Origin: Carcharhinus longimanus
Lineage: Eukaryota
Assembly: GCA_030264375.1 (NCBI GenBank)
Contig: JASCQW010000027.1
Location: forward strand, 101,406,320-101,470,319
Reading direction: 5' to 3'
DNA length: 64,000 nt
The notes under the pieces are model-generated. The model made no database searches and was not told the origin of the DNA. It saw only the letters and a program-made list of their open reading frames with translations. Each line of letters opens with the position of its first letter. Position 1 is the first letter of the stretch. The translations under genes and the position numbers were made by a program. This document shows positions 12,520 to 25,960 of this stretch, piece by piece.

Positions 12520-14060
12520 GAGCTTTTGGCCTTGAAGAATCAGTTGTCTCTGTCCTTGTTGACAGTTATAATATTAGAGGTAATGCTACCTCGATAGGTA
12601 AACTGCTGAGGTTGCTGATATCAGTGCTGATCTGTGATGGTTTGTTATTTCCTCGCGACTATAGTTGATACAACACTTCTGTTTTCTCTAGGCTAATAGT
12701 AAGGCCAAAGGCATTTGTTGTCTCAAAGAATCAATTTACACTGAGCTGCATTGCCTTCTCCATGTGTACCAGAAGGGTACAATCGTCAGCAAACAAAATG
12801 TCTGTGATAAGCTCTCCTATGGTTTTGGTATGTGTGTCTCAGGTTAAAAAGACAGCTTTCTGTTTGGAAGCAGCTGTATATGCTCACTGTCAAGCCTCTG
12901 TTGAAGCCTCATAATGAGAAAATAGACAAAAGATCTGGTGCCAGAACACTGCCTTGTTCACACCATTGGATCCATCAAAGGTTCAGTTCTACTTCGGCTG
13001 ACCTTTCTGGCCTTGTGCAATTGACAAAGCATGGTGAGGAACCTTGGAAGGCACCCCCATTTAGACAGAATTTTTCAATATCCAGCCCAACTGACCTTAG
13101 CCCATGTTCCCTACACTTCTCCTGGATTTGTCTCAGCACAAAGACCCCACCCGCAGTTTCGAGTTTGGATCTGAACCTGCACTGACTCTCAGGAAGGTTT
13201 TCTTCAGCTATTTACAGAACACTCTGTAGGCCACTCTGGTCAAGATTTGTTTACAATGTTGCTCACTGCGAGAATACAAATGCGTGCTTTGTGTGATTTT
13301 AATTGTGTGTCGTGGTCTTATTCATCCAGTTTATGGTTTGTTTCCCTCTGTGGAATATTTGCAGATATTTCTGTAGCCTCTGTTGATCACCAAATAAGCT
13401 CTCAGTGTTCTGAACATTGTTGCAAGATGGACAGTTTATCAATGAGCAGAGTTGTTCTATCTGAATATTTTAGCACCTGGTAGAAAGGTTCATAATGTGG
13501 AGATGTCGGCGTTGGACTGGGGTAAACACAGTAAGAAGTCTCATAACACCAGGTTAAAGTCCTATTGGACTTTAACCTGGTGTTGTGAGACTTCTTACTA
13601 AGAAGGTTCAGATACAGATCTCAAGGCTATATAAAAGGATTTATATCTGCACGCATTTGTATTCTCGCAGTGAGCAACATTACCAGTTGTTTTGGATGAC
13701 TTGCAGGGTGGTTTGCAGATTGCTGCAGACTTTCCTTCATGCAGCTTTTGCTGCTTGGTTATCTGGGCATGCAAGTCATCTATTGTGGCAAAAAGGCTTC
13801 TTTTGAAGAAGCTCATGGATCTCTTTCATCCGATCTGCCTTGCTTGCTTTTGATTGAGAAAACAACCACTTATACTGCAGTGTTTTTTGGCATGGATATC
13901 TATTATTGGGTTGCTATCATTGTCCAGAATTGGGTCATTGCAAAATCTGTCTTTAAGCTTACTCTGGAAAACTGCTTTTATTTCTGGTAGATCAGCTCTT
14001 CCTAACGTTTTTCCTGGTAAGACTTTGTATGACAACAGAGTGACTTTTTTCAGCGGGGTG
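12520..14060 (-). mobile_element. Decayed RTE-clade LINE (RT and upstream linker), interrupted by a hairpin element at 13495-13600
   Basis: Minus strand reads ELITDILFADDCTLLVH...AFGLTISLEKTEV (12675-12815, with a stop) and EQGSVLAPDLLSIFS (12910-12960); many stops and frameshifts. Confidence 0.8.
13495..13600. repeat. Fold-back (palindromic) element, copy 1
   Basis: 33-bp arms at 13530-13562 and 13567-13599 with one G:T wobble and a 4-nt loop. Confidence 0.9.
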
Positions 14061-14261
14061 GTGGTATAAATGTTGGTGAGGAGCCATAACTGCAGATTTG
14101 GGGTGGGGTGGATTAGTGGTGTGGATGTGGGATTGGGTGTAAGGGGTATAGGAAGATGCCCTTCAGTCTCTGAGCAGAGTGGGTTTAGGATGGTCCTTAG
14201 TCTGAGAGGATTGAGGAATGGTCTTCAGTCATAATTGGAGGGGGTTGGTGATAGTCTTTAA

Positions 14262-14562
14262 GTTTATGTTTATTTACTAGTCAAAATAGGCTTACATTAA
14301 CACTGCAATGAAGTTACTGTGAAAATCCCCTCGTTGCCACACTCGGGTGCCTGTTCGGTTACACTGAGACAGAAATTACCATGGCCAATGCACTTAACCA
14401 GCACATCTTTTGGACTGTGGGAGGAAACAGGAGCACCTGGAGGAAACTCATGCAGATATGGGGAGAACCTGCAAACTCTGCAGACAGTGACCCAAGCCAG
14501 GAAACAAACCCGGGTCCCTGACGCTGAGAGGTAGCATTGCTAACTGCTGAGCCACCATGCCA
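14262..14562 (-). mobile_element. HE1-like tRNA-derived V-domain SINE
   Basis: Minus strand has a tRNA-like head (gtggcatggtggctcagcagttagcaatgctacctctcagcg...gggtttgtttcc), V domain (ctccccatatctgcatgagtttcctccaggtgctcctgtttcctcccacagtcc) and tail cattgcagtgttaatgtaagcct. Confidence 0.88.
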
Positions 14563-16231
14563 CTTGCGTCTTTCATCTCTGACCATTAGATGAGAACTGA
14601 GTGAAAAGCAGTATCTACCAAACCCCACTCCAGTTAGTGGAAGGAATTTCAACTTATGGAATTGGGAGCTGTGTGCAATGAGTGCTCAGCTAAATATAAT
14701 CTTTTCTTCACACTTTTGCGAAGAATAATATTACACCCAATACCTCTGAGAATGGAGGATAGGAAAGTGAAAGGAAATGATCCTTCTATTGGATTTTAAA
14801 ACACACAGTGAGCTCCCACTGAAAACGTGGCAGACTTATACTAACAGACTGACTTCATTGCTTTCACTAAGAGATATTTACAACATCAGTTAACTTTAAC
14901 TTAGTTATGCACAGATTTTTTTTTGCAGAAGCCCAAGCACCGCGAATGAATTGATACCTTTTAAAACATGTAAACTGCAGCCAAAAGCAGGCTCTGATGT
15001 ACAAGTTGCGCAGATAAAATTATGGCATTTTTCATGTAATTATTATCTATAGCGAACAGTTCATAGCATTACCAATTATTTCTTTGAAGGAATTACAAAA
15101 GTCCCAATGTGAATGAGATAAGCGCTCCAAAAGAAGCCAAACACAATTAAGGCAGTAATGTTTTGAATGCATATTATAGTTAAAATGTATGATCATTAAA
15201 TAATCTTTAATAACCTATCCACCCACAAATTGAGTAGAAGCAGTTTTTAATATATCAGGCAATTATTACCAGGCATCAGAGTTCAATAAGCTTTAACGGC
15301 ATACCAATATACCTGCCAACCTCACAGCAGTTTTATTGGAGTTTCCAGATTTATTGCTATATATATCTCCCCTTCAGTTCTCACGTCTTTTTCATCTTAA
15401 TGTGCCACAGTTTCAGCAGAGCAGCATGCAGAGGTGGGGTTTCCCTTCAAGGTCTTTGTAATAAAATTGAAAGTGTACTCCTGGCAAGTTTGTTTATGAT
15501 TCAGCTGCCAGAGGCAGTGCACAGAGGGGGTGATCTTAATTTGGGTGCAAGCAGTTTGATTTTTAGGGAGGCTGTTCAGAAATGTCAACCGAGTAACAAC
15601 ATTTATTGATGCGTGGCATTTACTTATTTCGCTTCCACGGGGACACTGAGACATCCCATTTATTTTCAGCAAGTGCAAAGTAAACACCACTTGGGTCATT
15701 CTGAAATTTAACTTTTATGAGGGTTACGGAGAGGGGGTGTCTCTGTTCTGACAGCGACTTTAGATTGGAGAATTAGTACTACAGGTTGTAGCTTGTACAA
15801 GCATAACTTCCCACTGGGAATGTAGGTTGTAGAATAAGCACACGAATCCTGATCCCATCTTGATATCCCATTTCCATCCTGTCCCCTGGTCAGTTTTTAA
15901 CTTAGCAAAACTTCAGCAAGGTAAGGCCTAATGGCACAAATTTAGGGGTCAGCAGCAAAGTGACCAGGACAGTCTTGCAGAAGAATGCTGACGACGCTTT
16001 AATCTATTCTGTGGTTTATATTTCACCTTTCCTGATGTTAATTTGATCCAGCTCTAGGGAATCTCCAGCACGTTGCAACAATGATGTAATCAAGCAGGTT
16101 AAGCAGTTATTCACGATGCAGAATTCTGACACGTCGCAAAGCAGGAAGTAATAAGCAGGTTTTATTATACACGACTTAAAATTTTACAGGAAGTGAAGTA
16201 TAAATTGGGACATACACACAGGATCACGATT

Positions 16232-17930
16232 TACTATTGGCTTCTGCCTGTCTTGGGAGATAATGGATTATGCCCTGGGTTTATGTCACTTATGGATTGA
16301 ACATCATCTGTTGTGCCTATACAAGCTGATTCGTGAGTGGCAGTCCTTTTCACAGATGAATAGTGTTGCCTGGGGTCAACTATTTTTTTCATTCTGACAG
16401 GCTGTCTTTTCTGTCTATTGGTCACCCCCTTTGTCCTTCCCATTCCCTTACTGACTGCTTGTCTTCAGGCATTCCAGTCAGCAGCAAGGACTTCCCATAC
16501 ATCGACTTTTGATCCCAGTCAACTTAAACTCTCGCTTTCGGACATCCCTGTGTCGCAGGCATGGGTGACCAATTGGTTTTGTGCCTAAAGCAAGCTCACC
16601 ATAGAGCATATCAAGGGGGATGTGGCTGTCATTTATCCATCTCATATGTCCTAGCCAACAGACTCAAGAGGGTAAACATGCTGAGGAACCTTGGACGCTG
16701 GTGTACTTCCATATTTGGCACACACCATTGTCAGAACATTCATTTGAGGCACTGAGATTAGAAGCTGTTTGGCCACTTTTGTTGGCTTGCATTAGTTGTC
16801 CACGCTTCATTACTGTCAAGGGCAATGTTGAGGACACAAGCTGAGTATACACAGAGCATTGTATATTCAGTTGGTTTGATATTAATCCACGCTCAATTTA
16901 TCAACATTGATATACCAGCTGTGGTCTTGAAAATCCTGGCGTTCTTTTTGGGAATCAAGGGTTGTTGATCTCAGGTATGTGAAGCTGTCAGTGACCTCCA
17001 GAGTGAGGTTATCAGTGGTGATGGAAGGTGGGGTCCCCTACATTCTGGCCCAAAGCTTTGGTCTTCCTGACTCTGAGTGTCAGCTCAATTTTTTTGCAGG
17101 CCAAGTAGAACTGATCCACAGGCAGTTGCAAATACACTTCAGTTTGGGATGCCATTGGGGCATCATAAACAAATAGTAACTCGCAAACACCAATATTATG
17201 CATTTTGGCTCACAATATTACCTAATTGAACAGCTTGCTTTGAGCTCTCACATGCTGGGAGACACTCTCATTTGAGTCACCGAAAACATACAGTAGTAAC
17301 AGAGAAGAAAACGTGTCAAGAAGAGTTGTTGCCAGGCTAAGCCCTGCTTTGCCCTACTGCTGATCTTGAAAGTCCCTGATGTTACTCCACTGTGACTGGC
17401 AGTGTGAATATGTTCTCGTGGAAGGAAAAAATGACAGCCCGGAGTCCAGGTGGGCACCTTGTTTTCCACAACAGAGTCACTCTCTGCTGCCAAGGTTGAA
17501 GGCCTTGGTCAGGTCAATGAAGGCAATGTGGAGTGGTCTGCGCTGTTCAAAGCACTTCTCCTGCAGCTGCCAAAGCGAGAAAATCATATCGACTGTTGGC
17601 TTGCCGGCTCTGAAGCTGCACTGACGCTCGGGGGAGATCCTTGATGCAGCAACTGCAAACTGGTCAGAAACACATACAAAGGACTTTCCCACAACACTTA
17701 ACAAGGAGACATCTTAGTAATGGGTGCAGTCACTACAATCCCCCTCCTTTTTTTGTACAAGGTGACCGTGTTTGCACAACTTGAGGCACAAATCATTCCT
17801 TCCAGCAGAAACACAGAAGTTCGTGGAGATGCTGCAGCATTGCTGGTTTTTCACTTTTGATGAACGCTATTGTTTCCTGGGTCTTTATTGTTGGCGAAAT
17901 GGTCAGTGACCATGTTGAGCTCCGTTATAC
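16232..17930 (-). mobile_element. RTE-clade (BovB-like) LINE, long 3' portion, decayed
   Basis: Minus peptides RISPERQCSFRAGKPTVDMIFSLWQLQEKCFEQRRPLHIAFIDLTKAF, LGHMRWINDSHIP and the C-terminal Cys/His motif FICEKDCHSRISLYRH. Confidence 0.88.
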
Positions 17931-17939
17931 CTCTGCCTC

Positions 17940-18185
17940 AAACTGAGCAGCCCCAAACAGCTGGGCGCTGTCCTGCCACAGCCTGCTTACATCAATGGGT
18001 GTTTGGAGCTTAGAGAGACACTCCTCAAAAATGGATTGCTGATCTCTGTACAGGTTAAGATGAACTCAGCAAAGAAGATGTCAGTCTTTTGCATCATAAA
18101 CTGGAACATAAGGACTATATGTCCTGACCTTATGAACACCTTCTGCAGGTTGATGATGCAAGCAAGACAGCTGTGGTTTAGGTGG
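17940..18185 (+). mobile_element. RTE LINE 5' UTR and start of the AP endonuclease, in opposite orientation to the adjacent RTE body
   Basis: Plus strand reads NWNIRTICPDL and, after a frameshift, VDDASKTAVV, resembling the RTE endonuclease N-terminus (WNIRTMCPGL...DDARKTAVI). Confidence 0.65.
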
Positions 18186-19783
18186 AAGCCGAATTATCAT
18201 TTTTTAAAAATGAAATTTTTCATTTACTGTTCAAAAATCCAGTTTCTATATAACATAAAATATATATAATCCAGTTTTTATATAATTTAAAAATATATTT
18301 TTAAAAATATATTTTTAAAACTTCTTGAAAACTTTTAAAAAAATGTTTTTACACAAGAATATTAATACAGAAAGTAGAAGTCCACATAAAGTCAGAGGTT
18401 TTTACTTCTGAATTCCTGCATTTAACCAAACATGCACAGTCACCAGTAGTTCCTGTCAATTCTCAAGAATAATGACAGCATAAGTTGTTTAGGGCCAGAT
18501 TGTCCCTGATACCTGGTTGCTGCTGAATCCTTGAGCCTAAACCAAAATTTGAGATTCCAACGCACTATTGATATTATCCTTGAAAATCCCAATTTTTCCT
18601 GGGTCAAAGACCAATCCAGCTGCTCTATTCATCTTGTTCCTAAAGCAATTCATTTTAAAATTAAGAAAATCACTTCAAACTGAGCAAAAGAGAAAGGTAA
18701 ACCATGTGTACATATAATAGGCTGGGACATGAATAATAAGTTGGTGAATTTGGTGTGTGCGTTAATGAAATACATGGTGAGCACTGCATGTGTGGCAGCT
18801 GCTTGGAGGACTCAGTTTGGGACTGAATCCATTCTCTCTGCTGAGTATTCGTTATAATGGTGGCAAGCTGCTTCTGTTAAGCATGGTGTCCAAGAGGCAG
18901 TTTGCCAATTTGGAGGCAAAAAATTAAGCTGGATGTGCTCTTTATGGACAGCCTGTGACAGCAGTTTGAAGGGAGGATGCACTTACCGTCAGGATAAACA
19001 AGAGGGAGCAGGGACAGTGTGTGCAGAACTGAGTGCAGCTACCAAAAAGATTTTGATAGGTTCAGATGCAAAACCCACAAACAGCCACCTCGAGAAATGT
19101 CTGCAAATGCCCGATACTCAGCTTTACTTGACAGCGGCTGATGATCTCTTTCATTACCACAGAAAAGGGGTACGGAGCAGGAAATTATCATAGTCATTTA
19201 ATTAAAAGGCGTAAATGGCACTGTGGTATTAATTATCACTTGATCTCTATTGTATTTATATGAGAGACTCTTGCTGATTTCACAGGTTGTGATTTTTTTC
19301 TGAGAATCAGGGCAGACACTAATACGGTGATAATTTGCCGCAATGACCCATAGCTTAATTTCGCTTCCAGATTCACCCGGGGGTGTTAGCAGTGTAGTTG
19401 CTGCATGAAAATCAATGCTTGTGCTTTTTTTTTTGCATTGTTTTAAGTTTACATCTACTATGCTGTACATGGTACTCTGTGTACTATGTTCGACTGTAGG
19501 GAGGTTTGCCATACAGCAAGTTTAATTTGGTCACAATTGAGATGAGAACTGTTGGCTGTCCCAATACCCAAACAGAGGCCGGTAACGAATGATTTTTAGT
19601 TGTGACATTCCTGTGCTTTATTTGCAGGTCGAAGAGTGTTAACTAGCATCTGATTGGACAATTTCCAGAAAGAAATTTGCGAGGATGTTATGAAAGGCCT
19701 TGATATTAACCTGTCTACCCTCTTTTCAGAGGCTGGAAGATTCGGTGTCTATTTTTGACATGTTGTGTTTGCCCTGGGCATAG

Positions 19784-20077
<294 letters not shown>

Positions 20078-20449
20078 TAATTTAAAATTTTTGTGCCACC
20101 TTGTCATTTCACTTCAATGCATTTTGAACCTTTCAGCAAGGGTATCGTTGAGATACTTGTCCTTTGCTGCATTTTGATTTATCAAACATATTGGAAATAG
20201 CTTCCAATAAGTAATTGTTTCTGAAAATAACTTTAAAGTGGAAGGAAATGCATGAATGCAGGCTCCAATTCATTGAAAAAAACTCTTAAAGAAGCATCTT
20301 GCATTTAAATGGCCAGCGAGACTCATCATTCCTGCCCTCCACAGCATATGAAATGATGGCATTAACAGACAGCTGTGACATAAATTCCAAAGTGTTTCCA
20401 TTCACATTAATGTGGCTGTAATGTTAATGTCGCCTAGGAGTGACCCAAC

Positions 20450-21110
20450 TAGAATCACAGACTTTTACAACATAGAAACAGGCCCTTCAGCCCAGTTTAT
20501 CCATGCTGCCTTTTGTTTTAAACTCCTAAGTTTTGTTTTTGTTTTTTGTTTTTGTTCTTTGTTCTTTTTTTGTTTTTGTTCTAAGCTAGTCCCAGTTGCC
20601 TGCAGTTGGCCCATATCCCTCTATGCTCATCTTACCCATGTAACTGTCTAAACGCTTTTTAAAAGACAAAATTATACCCACTTCTGGCAGCTTGTTCCAG
20701 ACGCTCACCACCCTCTGTGTGAAAAAATTGCCCCTCTGGACTCTTTGGTATCTCTCCTCTCTTACCTTAAATCTATGCCCTCTAGTTTTAGTCTCCCGTA
20801 CCATTGGGAAAAGGTATTGACTATCTAGCTGATCTATACCCTTCATTATTTTATAGACCTCTGTAAGATCATCCCTCAGCTTCCTACACTCCAGAAAAAA
20901 AAGCCCCAGTCCATCCAGCCTCTCCTTATAACTCAATCTATCAAGTCCCGGTAGCATCCTAGGAAATATTTTCTGCACTCTTTCGAGTTTAACAATACCC
21001 TTTCTATAATACGGTGACTAGAATTGAACACAATATTCCAAGTGTGGCCTTACCAATGTCTTGTACAACTTCAACAATTCGTCCCAACTCCTGTATTCAA
21101 TGTTTGGACC
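20450..21110 (-). mobile_element. CR1 (HER1-like) LINE 3' portion
   Basis: Minus ORF RMLPGLDRLSYKERLDGLGLFFLECRKLRDDLTEVYKIMKGID...GNFFTQRVVSVWNKLP; upstream LVRPHLEYCVQF motif at about 21025-21055. Confidence 0.92.
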
Positions 21111-23413
21111 AATGGGGGAGGAGGAAAGCATGTCAGAGGCTAAATATAATTGCAAACTTAGATGGTGGAGAAATTTCCAAATCTGAATCTACTTATTCCT
21201 TTTACAAATATAAATTGCACATTCACCTTTTGCAATGGAGCAACCATAACTGAAATGTTGCAGACCAAAACCCACAGTTCAGTGCTTCTGATGGGAGATT
21301 TTAAAACTAGGTTGGTGAAGCAGTTGTGGTCTAGATCTGGGTGCTAATGCCCAATCTAACTTCAATACTTCACCATGATCAAATTCTAAAGGGATTCCAC
21401 TGCATGGCAAAATTGACATTTTTAGTGAACTTTTAGTGGAAAATTTACAAAAACACAGAGCTATGGGCAGATAAGGAGGGGTAGGAGGAGGACACTCTAT
21501 TTCCCACTCCTCCAGATGATGGTAACAGTTTTTTCACGGATACAAATGAGCAATTAAGGATATGTCTGTGACTGTTCACATGCTGATCACAGCAAGCTCA
21601 GTCAGACAGGTTTCTTTTCAATTGTAACAAGGGGTTAGTTTTTATTGTGCGAAACCCACCCAAGTAAAGATATTGCAGAAGGTCAACACATGTCCAACTG
21701 TTACAATGCACATGTCATAAGCATGCAAAAGTGTAAATTACAAAGTGTGGAGGTTAACTTTTGACAAAAATAGGATCAACAAATAAAGTGAAATAGAGTT
21801 CACTAGTTGTAAATGACTGGTTAGTCTGGCTGTAGTAATCCAAAAGTTTTGTTTTGAAACTAGTGAGGTCTAAAAATGTAGCTGTTCTTTCTTGGAACAT
21901 TGCCGTGGAAGGCAGTCTTCTTTAGGATTTGTCTATCTGTTGCCGAGAAACTGATATAAGTCAATAGGGGCCAAACTTAGATGAGAGAGATAGAAGGGGA
22001 AAGAAGCTTTCTGGTGTTCTTTCTGCTTTCTACTGCTACTTTAACTGTAAAAGGAACTGAGTGCTTTAATAAAAGGAATTTCAGAAGAGTGGTTCTGATC
22101 AGATTTTTTCTCAGTTGATGAGGACAGTGTATTCCACAGAAGGCAATTGCTTGACTCACGTCTGGACAGATTTTGGTCATTTTGTTATGGCAAAGGTGGC
22201 CATTTTCTTCATTTCCAAGACATCACTTCTGAATGGCTTATTTTTCCATAAGGTGATCTGGGAGAAAATATTAACACTCCAGGCTAGACATTGTCTCTCT
22301 AAATTGTCTGTCTCCATCCTGACAAAATGGAATGTGCTGTAGCTATATAAATATACAAATTGTAGCAGTCATTTTAGGTTTCGGTCTGTCCTTGAAGAAA
22401 TCATTAACATTTGCAGGGGTGAAACTTGACAGGAAGGCATGACATATTTGTAATCCATGTCAGAACCTTGACGAACATCCTGTTGCAGTCAGGTCTGCTG
22501 AATTCTGAAGCCATCTTAAGTCAGTATCTCTGTTTGAAAAGTTGAACAGCCTTTTTATAAAGTTCTATACGTGAATCCAGCAGATGAATTTTAAGTTTAA
22601 TACTTGATATTAATGCCTCTCCATAACAATGGTTAAATAAACAAGAGGTTGTTTTATGAACCAGGGTTTTGTGCAAATTAACTTTGTGGAGACAGTCCTG
22701 CTTTTTTATATTTATGGTAAACAACATCAAAGAGTGGTGATTTAATGTATTCTTAAAGCATGACCTTTCACAGTTATAGTTAACATTTTATGATGGTTTG
22801 CTGTGATGAAGTCAAATTTGATCCCTTTTCTGAGAAACACATTCATATGCCATCATGAAAGCAAGTATAGTTTACTTGTTCCAAACTTTCATGAATTATT
22901 TCATTTAAAACGCCCATGGAAGGAAGCCATTCAACCCGTCTGTACTACCTCTTTGCTGGAAGAATACAATTCTAATCCAATTGCTCCACACTCTTCCCAT
23001 AGTCAAGTGTCTTTCAATGCTTGAAACATCCATTTTTTCCTTGTTGCAGTTGTCTTTGCCTCAAGTCTGTTCTTGTGGCATTCTGCGAAGGCACTACAGA
23101 GAAGAAATTTGTCCTTCTCTTTCCTCTTACCACTTCCAACATAAATTTCATTGAACAACTTGTGATGATCACTGGTTCCTCAACTAGAAGAATTAATATT
23201 TCCATGTCCACTCAATCAAAACTTTTTCATAGAGGCAATCTGTATTGCTGTAGATCTGGCAGAGTTGCATTTTTATTTTGCTCCATACAAACTGTACTTC
23301 AAAAATGTTAAGTGTTCATTTCTTCAAAGTAAATACTGCTGGTACTATGGGATGCAGTTACTTAAATTGCTTCTAAAAATGTGATTTGAATGCTGAGGAT
23401 GAGCGCAAAATGT

Positions 23414-23690
23414 CACAAAATGCTGGGCAGCACAGTGATTAGCACTGCTGCCTCATGGCATCAGGGACCCGAGTTCAATTCCTGGCTTGGATCATTGTCT
23501 GTGCGAAATCTGTATGTTCTCCCTGTGTCTGCGTGGATTTCCTCCCACAGCCTGACAGATGTGCTGGTTAGGTATGTTGGCCATGCTAAATTCTCCTTCA
23601 GTGTACCCAAACAGGCACCTGAATGTGGAGACTAGAGGGTTTTCACAATAATTTTACTGCAGTGTTAATGTGGTACTAATAAATAAGCTT
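23414..23690 (+). mobile_element. HE1-like V-domain SINE
   Basis: ttagcactgctgcctca...gggacccgagttcaattcc (pol III A/B-box-like head), V domain, tail tgcagtgttaatgt...taataaataa. Confidence 0.85.
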
Positions 23691-23891
23691 TAAGCATACA
23701 TTGAACATTATGACTGTGCAATGAAAAGAATGTTCAATATATTTATGGTTTTTAAACCAAAGCTTCAGCCAATGAAAGTGTATGATGCCTCTTTAAAGGA
23801 TTAAAATTATTTTTCTTCTTCCAACCTGCTGCTTTTAGTGTTAATTTGTAGAAAGTAATTGGTATGTGTAATATGTAACTGTCTGCATTAA

Positions 23892-24341
<450 letters not shown>

Positions 24342-24639
24342 TGAAGGATGAAAGCCAAGTGGGTTACATGGTGAAGTTACATGTTTAGCCACCAATGCCC
24401 AGTAGGGTGCTCTTGGATTGAACGTTCCAATCCCAGCTTTCTTGTGTATAGAAGCATCAATCAAATAACAGACACTTCCCCATTTTGGTGGAGGTAAACA
24501 ACATGGGTGGCATCACTGGATCACTTTGTATGTCTGCCTGAGAGCATTGAAGAATAACATTGGTGACAAACTAGCAATAGCTGTCTTTCAAACTGGGGAA
24601 ATTTTTATTTCAATTATTTCTGGGGTAAAATGCTTCACA

Positions 24640-24830
24640 AGTAAGGCTTGGATTTATTGCCACCTCTCATGGAGATGATAACGGTGACTTACCTTCTTGA
24701 ACAACTGCAGTCTGAAGATGCTCTCACAGAAAAGCTAGGTAGGGAATTTCAAAAGTTTAACCCAGTACCAATGATCAAACTGTGATATATATCCCAGTTA
24801 GGATGATGTTTGATTGACCTATTTGGAGGT
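24640..24830 (-). mobile_element. Decayed CR1-like LINE 3' end (family of 62650-62810)
   Basis: atttattgcc...ccttcttgaacaactgcagtc...gtagggaatttc...aacccag matches the reverse complement of that family's 3' end. Confidence 0.5.
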
Positions 24831-25779
24831 GATGTTTTTATTTTTATTATTCTAAATGATGGAAGTTGAGAGATGCTGTGGAAGAAGTTAGCTGGATTGT
24901 TATCATTGAAGCGTTATGAAAGAAAAATGCAAAAGTAAAATAATTGAGATTGAGAAATGAAGGCCTCTTTATCTGCCACTTATTCAACCGTTAGAATTTT
25001 CATGCAAATCACAGTTAGTCTGGATATTAAGATAAGGCAATTGTCCCAACAAATTCAAAAATAAAGTCACCAAATTGATTGTTAAAATAAATCAACAAAT
25101 CATTCATTGTTTTATATTGGCATGTTGTGCTGAATCTATAGAGTGAAAAAAAGTGTAGTTCCTACATGTTATTTGATCTATTACTGCATTCTCTGTTCCA
25201 TTTCAAATGGACAGGGGTGAAGAAAACAGTAAATCAGAAACTCATTTCAATTGTGTTATCATCAACATTTAATCTCTCAGAATCATAGAATTACACCACA
25301 GAAGAAGACTATTTGGCCCATTGAGGCTATGCTGGTTCCCTTGGAGTATTTGTCCCTTTTGTAAGTCACAATTGAATCTTCTGCCACCAAACTCTCACGG
25401 AGCACATTCTGGATGGTAACCTTTTGCTGTTTTATCTGGATCATTTGATTTCTTGGTGATTGACAGTCGAAAGTATGAAATACTAGATGGGATTAATCTG
25501 ACACATAGTCTTCCCTTGTTTCCAAGGATAAAGCACTTTGTGCAATAGAATACCGGCAAATGACCCTGCGACTTGACCAGGATGTTAGTAGGATACAAGC
25601 TGGTTGGTGAAGCCGAAACAAGACAGAGCTTTTCTTTACTGAGAGAGTTTATTAGCTGGTTCAGTGTCACAGCTCAACCTAGTGCCCCAGCCACCACCTC
25701 CCCCCTGCCAACCCCAACCCCCTCACTCCCACCAGCCTCAACCCCCTCACCCATTTACACTCTTTTGAGCAGCATTTTT

Positions 25780-25960
25780 TTTTAAAAAACCTAACTAACA
25801 AGTTCACAGTCCCTTTTGAAGGGGCACTCTTAACAGAAAGACACAACTTCAAAGGAAACTTATCAAATTAAATTGAAATAATGTTCCTGGGACTGATAAC
25901 ACACTCCAACCCCTGAAGCATCTCCTATTTATGCAGCTTCAAAGACGACTCGTATCCATC
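25780..25960 (-). mobile_element. Possible Tx1-clade LINE 3' remnant
   Basis: acaacttcaaaggaaacttatcaaattaaattgaaat...gataacacactccaacccctgaag resembles shark Tx1 3' ends as I recall them; no intact peptide. Confidence 0.3.

Noticed and set aside
14262-14562. tRNA-like A/B boxes here and at 23414, 30124, 33225, 52615 and 53090
   Set aside because: These are SINE heads followed by V or Deu domains, not cloverleaf tRNA genes.
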